Positions 12,763-24,953 of a DNA stretch of 36,897 nt are shown piece by piece (position 1 is the stretch's first letter; the number at the start of each line of letters is the position of its first letter). The position numbers and the translations under genes were made by a program. Source of the stretch: Neovahlkampfia damariscottae (lineage: Eukaryota); NCBI GenBank assembly GCA_016618085.1, contig JABLTG010000176.1, positions 1-36,897 of the forward strand. Direction: 5' to 3'. Under the pieces are notes generated by a model. It was not told where the DNA came from, ran no database searches, and saw only the letters and a list, made by a program, of their open reading frames with translations.

Positions 12763-15700
12763 TTATTCACAATAATATAAATCATTAAAATATTCATTTG
12801 GACCAGAAAAACCACCAAACATCCAAATTTTATCATCATAAAGAATCATTGAATGACCTGATCTTTGAGATGGTATTTGAGTACCTTTATTTTCAATTGA
12901 AGAGAAAATATTTGTTGTAAAATCAAATTCATAAGATTCATTTAACCAACCATCTTTTGAATTATAACCACCAAAAATGAATAATTTTTCTTTTAAAATT
13001 AAAGATGAATGAAAACATCTTTCTTTTAAATTTGGGCCTGAATATTCAATTTTATTCCATTCTTTCTTTAATAAATCAAAAGTAAATAATTCATTTGATA
13101 TTCCATTTTGAGTTAATCCACCAAAAATATAAAATTTATCTTTAAATTCAACAAAAGTACAAGATTCTCTTCCAGATATAATTGAAGAATCTAATACTTC
13201 AATAGTCTCCCATTTATTTGATAAGAAATCAAATCTTAATAATGAATTAGAAAATTCTAAACCATTTATACTTCCACCAAAAATATATAATGAATCTTGA
13301 TAGATTAAACTTTTATGACCTCTTAAAGGACCTTCAGGTAAATTTGGTAATTTTGACCATTTTTCATTTTCAAAATTATATTCATAAAAATCAGATAAAT
13401 AATTTGATAATTTAATACCACCTGATATTAACATTCTATCTTTATAAATTGAATAAGAATGATGTGATCTTTTTAATTTCATTTCATTTTTTAATCTTTT
13501 CCATTCATTATTTTTAATATCATATTTATAAAAATCAAAATAAAATCTATTTTCATTACAACCACCAAATAAATAAAAATTATTATTCCATTCTAAAAAT
13601 GAAAATGATGATCTTTCAGATGGTATATTTAAATATGATGATAATGATTGAATATCATTCATTGATTTATTATTTGATGATATTAATGTTGTATTTGATA
13701 ATTTGGATGATTTAAGTTTTAAAGGGTTTGATTTAATATTTGATTCAATTCTTTTCCAATTTTTAATTTGTTTTTTAAATTTCATTGGTTTATTTATAAC
13801 TTCATTTGAAATAGTTTGTGGTGATAAAATAACAGAAGAATCAATAATTTTAATTAAATTATTTTCACTTCCATGAATAAATTGAACCAATCTAATTCCT
13901 TGTCCATATGATTTAAATGAATGATTTATTTCTTCCCATTCATTTAAATTTTGTTTAATATTCTTTTCAAAACTATGAACAATTTCTTCATTTTCATCTA
14001 ATAAATTAACTATTAATTTAAATATTCCATTTTTATTTTTTGATTCAAATTTAAAATAATCTTTAATTATAATATCTGGTTCATTATCTAAAAAGTCTTC
14101 TTTAAATCCAACTAATACTAAATCAATTATTTGTTCTTTTAAAATTAAATTTAATCCTTTTGTTTTATAACAATATATTTCTTTTTTATTTAATGAATTC
14201 ATTTCTTTTTCTTTTATTTCCCAATTTCTTTCAATATCTTTTCCTTTCCAATTTTTCAATTTTATTAAATTCTTTAAAATTGGACCTTGAATACCTTTTG
14301 TATTTTTAGCACTTCTTTCACCTTTTATCATTTCAATTAATATTTTTGAATTTGGTCTATCTTTTGGTTTCTTTTGTAATAATTGTAAAATAATATCAAC
14401 AATCTCTTGTGAATAATTCTTTCTAACATATATTTCAATAGATCTAGTAAATCCTTTTTGTTGTTTTTTAAATAATTCAACATATAATGGATTCTTTAAT
14501 TCTAATGTACATAATTCAACTATATAAAAAATATTAAAATGAAATATAATAAAATACAGAATACACATCCTAATGACCACATATCTCCTTCAATACCAAA
14601 TGTCTTTCCTTCACCATCATCAAAATATTCAGGTCCCATATATTTTTGTGTACCTATTATTTATTTAGTATAAGAGTATATAGATGGTGTGTACCTATTT
14701 ATTATTTATTTAGTATTTCAATATAATATTATTATACCTGCAAATGTTTGAGCAATCTTTAAAAATAAATATTTAAATTATCTTACACTATGTGATACAT
14801 CTTTAACTAATCCAAAATCACCAATTTTTAAACAATTATTTTCCATAAAAATATTTCCTGGTTTTAAATCTCTCTATAAATCTCTCTATTAATCATATTA
14901 ATAACTTATTTTACATGAACTAAATTCTTTTGATGTAAACAATTTAAACCAGATGCTAATTGAAGCATAAATGATTTAATAATATCTTCTGGAATATATT
15001 CATTTTTATCTCTATACTTTTCAATAAAATGTTCTAAATCACCATCTTTATAATAATCCATAATTAAACATAACTTTTTCATATCTTGAGTAATAAACCA
15101 ATCTTTATATTTTACAAGATTTGTATGAGATATTCCTTGAATTGGTGTAACTTCTTTTAACGCTTGATTTAATGAAGTACCATCATCTAAAGATACTTTC
15201 TTTAAAGCAACTTGTTCATTCGTTTGTAAATCATATGCTGAATATACTGTACCCATACCACCTTTTCCAATTTTATCAATTTCTTTATATCTTGATTCTT
15301 TATCTTTCCAAAGTCTTGGTTGAATAGATTCATCATCTGGGTTATAAGATTCTTCAATTGATTTATCTGTTGATTTTGAGGATGTTGATTTTTTAGATTC
15401 TGAACCTTTTGAGTCTAAACTTTTTCGATTTGGTAAATCATTATTATTCATAGCATCACCATGTGCTTGATCATGTTCAATATGATTTCTAACTTGTTGT
15501 TTTTTATTTATTTCTTTTTTGACTTTTTCTTCTTCTTCTTCTTCTTCTTCTTCTTGTTCAACTGAATTTGCTTCAACTGGAACAGGTTCATCAACTTGAA
15601 AATCAGATACTCTTTATATTTAAATATATTTTAATCATTTACCTCATTTTTCCAAAATTTATGGATTCAATAGAGATAAAAACTGAACCAGAAGGTACTT

Positions 15701-16119
15701 TTTGTAAAGGTAATTCAACTTGTTTTGTTTCTCCTTTATAAATTACTGATAAATCAAATTTTGCTTTTCCAAGAGATTTTGATGCTCCAAACATTAATAA
15801 TCCACCTTTGGAATATACTTCAATTTCAAGTTTTTCAGAAGAAGATTTTAACTTTAAAAGTTAAAATATTTTTATATTTTTTTACAGGAATCCAAAATAT
15901 TTCTCCTTTCCATGATGGATTATTTGTATTTTTTACACTTCCACTTTCTTTTTTAAATTTTGAACCAACTTTAAAAACCACATAAGGATTTAAACTACCA
16001 GAATTATGTCCTCCTTGAAAACACAAATCTTTGGCTTTGTTCAATGTAACTGTAATACCACAATTGCTTGATGACATCACATTTGTAGCCCTTCCAATGT
16101 CTCCCAAAATGTTGGACAT
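12763..16119 (-). CDS. Multidomain Ser/Thr kinase: C2, NEK-like kinase, FBA-like domain, Kelch repeats
   Basis: C2 motifs ([18 protein letters not shown]), kinase motifs ([38 protein letters not shown]), FBA-like [23 protein letters not shown], and about 6 Kelch FGG repeats. Frames join through 6-7 short introns. Confidence 0.8.
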
Positions 16120-16282
16120 TTCTGAACAAACAAAAAAAAGATGATTGGTTCAATAAAAAAAATCTGAATTTGATCATCAAAATAAAAACTTTTTAGTTCA
16201 ATTCAGTTTGTTGTTATTATCATAGTTGTATGATTATTCTCTCAAAGTTGTCCAATCAGAATTTTTGTTCAATGCAAAAAAA

Positions 16283-16816
16283 ATGGAGTGTGACGAGATT
16301 CACTGCACTTATTTGATCAATTTTTTTTCTAATTTATCAAAAGACTCATTAGATTGTTTCTTTCACAAATTAGACATGAAAAGTACATCAGATGTTGAGT
16401 CTCTGGTTAAAAAAATTTTGACAATTGGTTTCTTACAAATGTTTGATACATTTCCAGTTTATACAATAAATAAAGATGTTATTGATGAAAAAAAGTATAA
16501 TAAACAATATTGTCAAAGAGTTTTTAAGGATTCAGTTCGCGTAAAAGGAATCATTGAAACAATTTGTTCCTTGGACAAAGAACGTCTAGTCACTTTAAGA
16601 AATACAATCACTACAAAAAAAACTCATGAATGTATTGTCGATATTTTGGATGAAATAGTGATATGTGGCATGCTCAAATTATTAAATGAACTGAATCAAG
16701 AAGAATTATATATGATTGCAGAAAATTTGAATACTACGCAAAATGAAATAGATGTTGACATTATTTTGAGTCAATTAAAAGAATTACAGAGAGCTCAGGA
16801 TTTTTATTTCTATTAA
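16283..16816 (+). CDS. Hypothetical helical protein with weak internal repeat
   Basis: Intronless ORF with ATG 26 nt after a CCAAT box. KKILTIGFLQMFDTF resembles DEIVICGMLKLLNEL. Confidence 0.65.
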   Translation: MECDEIHCTYLINFFSNLSKDSLDCFFHKLDMKSTSDVESLVKKILTIGFLQMFDTFPVYTINKDVIDEKKYNKQYCQRVFKDSVRVKGIIETICSLDKERLVTLRNTITTKKTHECIVDILDEIVICGMLKLLNELNQEELYMIAENLNTTQNEIDVDIILSQLKELQRAQDFYFY

Positions 16817-17116
16817 CTGTTTGAAGAATGGCCAGGAAAAAATATCTGCGCATCAGATTGGACATTAATCAAACAATTGAGATTATGAATAAATATTTGA
16901 TTTTCATCAAGCCATTTTGGCATTGTTGTTCAATATTTTATTTTCTGATTGGACAAAAAAAATCTAACGGTTTTTCGAAATTCTTCATCAAAACGTTCAA
17001 AAAAATCAAAAAATGATGAAAAAATTTTTTTCTGAGATTTTTTGGTGTGGGATTAAAAATGATTGGTCAAACCCAGAAACCAATCAAAAAACAATCTTAA
17101 ATCACGTAACGACAAC

Positions 17117-19920
17117 ATGAGGTTATTTGTTAGATTTTATCCTGTAGCTGAAAGTTGCCAAGTTGAACTCTCTTTAGATGATAATTTTGAAAAAATGATT
17201 GAACAACTTTATGGTTTAACAAATTTAGTTAGTGGAGACAGATTAAAAGTTATTCACAACAATATTACTATTGCCAACCTCGAAGCAAATTTATCCGATT
17301 ATGATGTTAAAGCTGATGACACATTTAATATTATTATTCAAAAAATGAAAAACGAAAAAATTGAATTGAACAAAAAGAGAGATTATGGTTTAACAGCTCC
17401 TTTAAAAGATATTGAACTTGTAAATGTTTTCGCTTTTTGTGATGCTAAAGATATGGTAACAACTACAGCAGTTTGTCGTCCATGGAGAAATATTTCATCA
17501 AACAACGAACTTCTTTGGTCTTTCAACTGCGACGAGCTTTTTAGAGAAGATACAAGTGTCGTTTTGGAAGAAAAGAATGAAGAAGAAGATAAAGACGATG
17601 ATGATGAAGATGAAAAAAAAGACAAAAAAAACAAAGCACCAGTATTACGTAGCGTACTTTTTACAGAATCAGATCCAAAATATCTTCAATGGTATCTTGA
17701 AAGAACAAGTTTAAGAAAGAATTGGAAACATATTTCTCAATTCTCAGCTGAAAAACCACAAAAAATTGAAGAAATGCCAAGAGGAAAATTATATTTAGTT
17801 CAAAAACCACCAAAAGCATTAACTGAAGAAGAAGAACAATTTTTAGCAGAAAATAATGCAGCTGAAATGAAAAAATTAGTTAGAAAAAAAAAAGGAATGA
17901 GTAAGTTAAAAAAAAAAATTAAAAATGAAAAGAGGAAAAACTCAAAAAATATAAACAACTTGAAAAAAAGAAAATTGAATTTGATGAAGGAAATTGGAGA
18001 GTTGTACCAGAAGAATTAAGAAATTTTTCATACAATACATTAATGAGTTATGCAAATGGATCATCATCAGAAGAATGGAGATGTTATTATGAAAATGGAA
18101 AATTCTATTGGGCTAAAAATGGAAAAAATATTTTTATTGGTCATTTACAAGCAGTTAACACATCGTATGGATTTCAACAAGTTGAAGTTTCTGAAGATTC
18201 ATCCGAAGGTGAAATGGAAGATTTAAAAACATTTTTTGGATTATTTGAAAATTGTAAAATTGATGAAGATTTTGAAACGAAAGTACTTATGGATTTAAGA
18301 GTTGGAAAAGAAGAAGAATTCAAAGATTATGCTAAAACCAAAATAGTTGTAAATTGGTCAGATTTTAGTGCTTTAATGTCCAAACCATACTCAGTTGAAC
18401 CAATTGTTGATAAAGATTATGCAACACAAGAAATAACATCATATGGAACAAATACTAAACTTTATAATGATGTAGGTGCAACTAACTTGAATTTTGAAAA
18501 TATATTTCTTTGTTATTCAAATATTTTAAAAACAGTTTTAAAAGAAGGAGTTTCAACTAATGTTTTAATAAATTCAATTGAAGATGAAATTATAAAAAAT
18601 GAAAATGATTCAAATCATTTTAGAAGTGCACTTTTAGAAAATGAACCATTATCAGAATCATATTTAAGAGCTGTTCAACAAGTTGCAAGAGAACAACATG
18701 AAAATAAATCAATTGTTTCTCCAAGAGGTAAAAAAACATCAAAGGGTTTAGAAATATCACGTATTTTATTTTTATTTGAAAATCAAGAAAATTGTGATAA
18801 AGCTATCAAATTTGTTAAAGACTATTTTTCTGGAAAAGTTGAATTGAAAGAACGTGTAAAAAGTGATCAACCAAAAAAAGATTTTACTATTTCAAAAAAA
18901 TTTGAAAAATCAACAACATCTTCAACTCCTTCAACAACAAATACAACATCAAAATCAACTACTACCCCTACACCTGTTTCAAAACCTACTTGGAAAAAAG
19001 ATTTAAGTAAAAAAGAAGAAGTTAAATATGAACCAAAAAAAGAAACAGGACCACCTTCTTGGATGAAAAAATTAGAAAACAAAAAAAAAGAAGAACCAAA
19101 AGTTGAAGAAAAAAAAGAAGAACCAAAAGAAGAACAAAAACCAGCTTGGATGCAAAAATTAAGAAAAACTTCTGTTATAGAACCAAAAAAAGAAGAATCA
19201 AAGGAAGAAGAACAAAAACCAAATTGGATGACACAAAATTTAAAAAAAACTGCAACACCTACAAAAGTTGAAGAAAAAAAAGAAGAAGAACAAAAACCAG
19301 AATGGATGATCAAAAGAGATGCTTTGAAAAAGACTGAAGAAACTGAGAAAACTGCTGAAGAATCAGTTAAAGAAGAGCCAAAATCTATTGAAGAAGAAAA
19401 ACCAGAACCAACAGAAGTACAACCAGTTGAAGAAGAACACAAACCAGAACCAACAGAAGAAAAACCAGTTGAAAAAGTCGAAGAAGAATCAACACCTGTT
19501 AAAGAAGAAAAAGCAACTCCTGTCGAAGAAAAAGAATCATCACCACCTGTGGAAGAAGAAAAGTCTGTTGAAGAAAAAGAAGAACCAAAAACTATTGAAG
19601 AAGAAAAGTCTGTAGAAGACGTTCCAGTTGAAGATGCTCCAGTTGAAGAAACAAAACCTGAAGAAGTTGTTCAACCAGTTGAGGAAGAAACAAAGGAAGT
19701 ACCAAATACTGAAGAGACAGTCGAAGAAGAAAAACCAGAACCAACAGAAGAAGAAAAACCAGTTGAAGAAACAAAAGATGAACCTCAAGAAGAAGCAAAA
19801 ATTGAAGACGAAAAAGAATCAAACACAGAAGAAGTAAAATTAGAAGGAACTGAGCTTGATAAACAAAAATTATCTGAAGAAGCATTCGAAAAAAAAGAAG
19901 CAGCTTTGGAATCACAGTAA
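17117..19920 (+). CDS. Ubiquitin-like plus F-box protein with central globular region, PxW repeats and acidic tail
   Basis: UBL (RLKVIHN...LSDYDVKADDTFNII) and F-box (LKDIELVNVFAFCDAKDMVTTTAVCRPWRNIS). Intron 17901-17932 joins ORFs 17063 and 18043 in frame. Confidence 0.78.
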
Positions 19921-19927
19921 ATAAAAT

Positions 19928-20877
19928 TTATTTTTCATGTTTTCTTGCCAATCTTGATTTAAATTCATGTCTCCATTTTTCTGAAACACTTTTGTCATCA
20001 AAATCAATTTTTGAGATGACATCGTTTTCTTTGATCACATCCATAAAAGAAATGGCTCCTTCATCACCAACATCATTATACAAAAGACTACCAAGAATGA
20101 TGTAAATAATTGAAATAAGTTACCTGAGTGCTTTTAAACTTCTATTTTTCATTAAAGCTTTGGCCTTTTTGATAATCATTCAATAATATTTTTACTTACC
20201 AATGCTTTTGAACCTTTGACACCAATTCTATTTCTAACCAAAAATAACTGTTCAATTTTTGGATGAAATGTAAGTACATCCGCTAAAGCAATAGCTCCAT
20301 CATCTTTTACATTATTATTTCCGAGTTCTAGTACTTTTAAGGCTTCGTTCTTCTCGAATCCAACACAAAAAGCAATAACACCTTCAGGACCCAGATCATT
20401 ATTTGTTAAATAAAGACTGTGTAATGATTTATTAACAGATAAAGCATCACCAAGACTTTTGGCACCACTTTCAGAAATATGGTTCAAAGATAAATCAATC
20501 ATTCCAAGTGTTCCAGAACGTTTAATGGCATCAGAAAGTATGATGGCACCTTTTTTTTTAAAATTAAATATGTTCCTTTTTTTTTTACCATCATCTTTTA
20601 AATTATTATTTGCAAGATATAACCTCTTTAAATGCCGATTAGTTTGCAAGGCGGCAGATAGAGCTCTAAGACCTTCATCTTCAAAATAATTTTGACTTAA
20701 ATGTAAAGCATAACAAGTTCTATTATATTTTAGTGCTTCACTTAATTTTATCAACTCTTTAGAACGTAACTATTTTTTTTATTTTTTATTTTTTTTTACT
20801 TCTTTTTTATCCAAGTCAATATCACAAGGATCTCCTTTTTTCATGATACCTACAGCTTTATCCAATGATCCACCCAT
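19928..20877 (-). CDS. RNI-like leucine-rich repeat protein, 4 introns
   Basis: 28-residue LxLxxNxIxxxGAxxLxxAL repeats. Starts MGGSLDK. Confidence 0.85.
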
Positions 20878-20952
20878 TGTTGTCAACTTGTTTGGTTTCG
20901 GCTAATTTAGAATGACCAATAAAATTGTAAACAAAAAAAGAAAAAAATATTT

Positions 20953-21314
20953 TTAATTCTGTTTTCCTAAAAGTAAATCTTTTGCTTCGTTAATTTTAAT
21001 TGATATATAAGTGGAACCACCTGCATCAGGATGGTTTTTTATCATCAGTTTTTTATGCTGATTTTTAATTTCGTCTATTGTAGCTTTTTCACTTAAAAAA
21101 TATTAAAATATTTTAAATTTTACTCTAAATTTAATATTTGAAATGCTTCTGATTTATTCATTTCTTCATGAAAGCCACCTTCAAGAAATATTGATTTTCC
21201 ATTTGTCATAGAACTAGTTTTTGGTATTTTAGCTTTTTTTATTAATCTAAGAGTTGGTCTAGCCAATACTGCAAGACCTCCAACTACTACTGTTCCAACT
21301 AAAAATGAAATCAT
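20953..21314 (-). CDS. PAM18: Mitochondrial import motor J-protein TIM14/PAM18
   Basis: N-terminal [18 protein letters not shown] and [22 protein letters not shown]. One intron. Confidence 0.92.
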
Positions 21315-21393
21315 TTTCAAATTATTTTGATTGGACACTTCACTTCAAAATTGAACAAGATTAAAAAAACATCACTGTCCAATCATTTGAAAA

Positions 21394-22552
21394 ATGAAAA
21401 AATTATTTATATTGATTTTATTATTGTTTAGTTTATATATTGTAAATTCCAATTGTACAGAAGAAAGTCCACCTTGCAAAAAATTTAAATCAATTTTTGA
21501 TCCAACTTGTTATAAAACACAATGTATAAGAAATTCAAATTTTACTCATATTTATGAAAAATTAAAAGAAAAAGTATTTGGTCAAGATGTAGCACTTTCA
21601 AATTTGAGAGATATTTTTAAATATAAATTAAATCAACAACAAACTGAACCTATTTCTATTCATTTAGTTGGTGATAATGGAATTGGTAAATCATTAACAA
21701 GTTCAAGTAAGAAATAATATAAAGTAATATACTTTAAGTTTTGACAGAATATTTATTTAAATTTCACAATAAAGTATCTATGGAAAATAGATATGCATTA
21801 TTATATCAACATGGTGCAGATTATTTAGCACCAAGAGATCCAGATGAAAAATTAAGATCAAAAATATCAATAAAATATATTGATACTTTAAAATCTAAAA
21901 TAGTTACACAATTAAAGAAATGTTCAAATTCAATCATTTATATTGATGATTTTCAACAAATGATGTCTGAAGTATTTTTATCATTTGAACAATATTTAAA
22001 AGGTATTATTGAATATAATAATGGTAAATAATAATGGTGATTGGTTAATTAAATCTATTTTTAGAACAAATATCCACAAAGAATGCAATCTTTATATTTA
22101 CATCAGATCTTGGTAGTGAAGATTTAACAAGGAATAAAAATATACATGAATTAAAAGAATTTATACATGAAAGATTAGAACAATTTTCATCAAATCAAAT
22201 TAATCAACATCTTCAAAATATACCATTTCAATCTTTAAATAAAAGTGCATTTAAAAAAATAATAAAAAGAGAATTAAATATATTAAAATGTCAAATTAAA
22301 GAAATTAAGAATTTAGAATATGATTTAAATGTATTAAATTATTTATCAAATATTATTTGGAAAAAAGAATGGATGAAAAAAATGAATGGTAGAGGTATTG
22401 TTAAACATTTAATAATTGATTATGTTTTACCAAAAATAAATAATCTTTTAGAAAAAAGAAAAAATGAATTCATATTTCAAAATGTAAAATTATATTTAAA
22501 TAAAAATAATGAATTAGATTTAAAATATAAATTAATAAAAGATGAACTTTAA
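21394..22552 (+). CDS. Torsin-like / ClpB-NBD2-like single AAA+ ATPase with signal peptide and C-terminal KDEL
   Basis: Hydrophobic N-terminus, VFGQ, Walker A GDNGIGKS, CSNSIIYIDD, NAIFIFTSDLG, IPFQSL, NGRGI and ...IKDEL*. Introns at about 21707-21738 and at 22024-22064. Confidence 0.78.
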
Positions 22553-23471
22553 AGTTCAGTTTTTAATTGATATATTGGTATATTCTCTCTTTGAACTAAT
22601 AATGATTTGGTTAACCAAAATAATTCAAATCTTTTTAAATTTTCAAATATTATTTCAATTCCAATTTGGGATTGAGTTTGGGATTGTGTTTGAGTTTGGG
22701 TTTCACTTTTTAATTTATTTCCATTCCATTGATATATATCATTTGTATTTAAATTTAATATTTTTGATTCACATTGATAATTATAACTAAGACTCCATGA
22801 ATCTTTAAATTTTAATATTTTAAATTTCTTTTTTAAAGGTTGTATTTTTTTATTCTTTTTTTCAGTTGTGTAAATGATTAAATAAGATGGATGTGTTTCA
22901 TTGGATAATAAATGACCATTATTAAAATAACCTTTTAATTTTCCATATAACATTTTGTCATCTTTTAAAAAAATAAATATTTAAATATTAAAGTACTATT
23001 CTTTTTATAAAATTTTAATGTACCCTTATTATTCATCAAAAATGATTTAGAATCTCCTTTATATGTAATATTATAATTATATAATTTTGATGATATTATT
23101 GCTTCACCAACAACAAAATCATTTTCCCAATTTCCTTCAATTTTACCTTTAATTTTAAATTTATTTTTTATTTTTCACATACCCTCATCTTCATGAAAAT
23201 TTGAAAAGAATTGAACAACACCTTTTCCATTTCTTTTATCATTTTTCCAATTTCCTTTAAATTCTAAATAATCACTTTTTAATTCACCATATCCTTCTCT
23301 CTTTGAATTTTTAAATTCACCTTTAAAATGAACCCATAAACAAGAACACTCATGAATACCATTTAATGGTCCTTCACCTGTACAAATTAATCTGGCATTA
23401 CTAATATATACAAATCCAATTATTAACATAATAATTGTTAAAAATATAATACTATTTCTCAGACAAGTCAT
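22549..23471 (-). CDS. Secretory-pathway MORN-repeat protein ending KTEL
   Basis: Signal or anchor sequence, MORN repeats FKGEFKNSKREGYG and FKGNWKNDKRNGKG, and two introns. Confidence 0.72.
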
Positions 23472-23525
23472 TCAAGTTTGTGAAAAATTTAAACGAATCA
23501 AAATGTGACAAGTGGTGAAAAAAAA

Positions 23526-24953
23526 TTAAATTTTAATCTTTTGAATTAAATCATTTAAATTATTTAAAACATCTGAATCTGAAATCAATAAACGTAATTT
23601 AGGAAATCTTTCTTCAAATACAGATTTTGATTGAATTAAATTCATTTGAATTAAAAGATTTAAGGAGGGTAATAATTGATTCAAATTTAATACTTTCTCA
23701 TTTAATATATTTAAATGTATTTGTATTCTATGAATTACATTCTCAAAATTTACATATGAATTTTTATCAATTGATATTTTTTGAGATTGTAAAATTGAAA
23801 TTAAATATAATTGTTCAATTAATGGTAATTGTTCTAATGGAAATTCTTCATTAGAATATAAATCATTAAATGATTCTGATATATCTTTTGTTGTTATTTT
23901 TAAATCATCATCTGATATACTTTTAAATTTTAAAGTATGATTGGATAGTTTTGGTTTATTCATTTGTTCATTTAATTGATTGGATTGTATTTGATCATTT
24001 AATTTTCTTCTTTTTCTTCCACCTAATAATTCATTTGTATTAATTGTTCTTAAAACTAAAAAGATAAGAGAATTATAAATCTAACTTCCATTCTTTTCTT
24101 CTGATATTTCAATTGATCTTTTACAAATCTAAAAATAGAAATTATTTAAAAAAAAATAAAAAACAAACCTCAAATGCTTTTCTAACATCACCCCATTTTG
24201 ATGATACTTTCTTTGAACATAATTCTAATGCTTTCTTTTCAAATATATTTAAATCATCTAATCTTTCATTTAATATTTTAAATATTTGATTGGATGTACT
24301 AATATTATTAATAGATATATTTTAATTTACTAAGTTTGAAATATAATATTTTCAGTAGATTCAATTCTACTTTGTATTTTTGTTTTAAAATTTAAATTTA
24401 TTGTATTTGAAATACCTATAACAGCAACACCTTTTCTTTGACTCCAATTAAAAAATTCATATAATTCTTGTTGTTGTTTATTTATTAAAAAATCAATTTC
24501 ATCAATAATAATAATAATGTATGGATCATTTTCATATTTATCAAAATATTGAGTTATTTTAGTTGGTATATTTGATATTTTATCACTTTCATTTCCAATC
24601 TTTAATATTTTCTTTTTTCTTTTTTTATATTCTTCTTTTATTTCATTCCAAACTATTTTGAATGATTCTTTTTTACTTTTTAATTTTACACAATTTATAA
24701 ATATTGAAAGAAAGAAGGGAATTTCATCAATATTAGATAATTCTTTTAATTCATTTAATATATGGGTAAGAGTAGCTGTTTTGCCTGTTCCTGTACCACC
24801 TGAAACAAACATGGACATACCACTACCACAAGAAATGGATACAAGTAATGAAGTTTTGATTTTTTCAATTTCTTCTTCTCTTCCAGGAAAATGTGTTGGT
24901 TGTAAACTTAAAAGAAGTCTTTTTCTTGCCTCTTGATACGCATTTTTATTCAT
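23526..24953 (-). CDS. Orc1/Cdc6-family replication initiator AAA+ ATPase, 3 introns
   Basis: PGREEE, SGGTGTGKT, IIIDEIDFL, YEFFNW, IGISNT, KIQSRI, GDVRKAFEICKRSIE and a winged-helix-like C-terminus. Confidence 0.88.

Noticed and set aside
16828..17016. 62-aa ORF between two genes
   Set aside because: It has no recognisable features and overlaps a region with several ATTGG boxes, so it is more likely promoter sequence.
22665..22705. Telomere-like tttggg repeats
   Set aside because: They encode the TQTQSQ tract of the minus-strand MORN gene.
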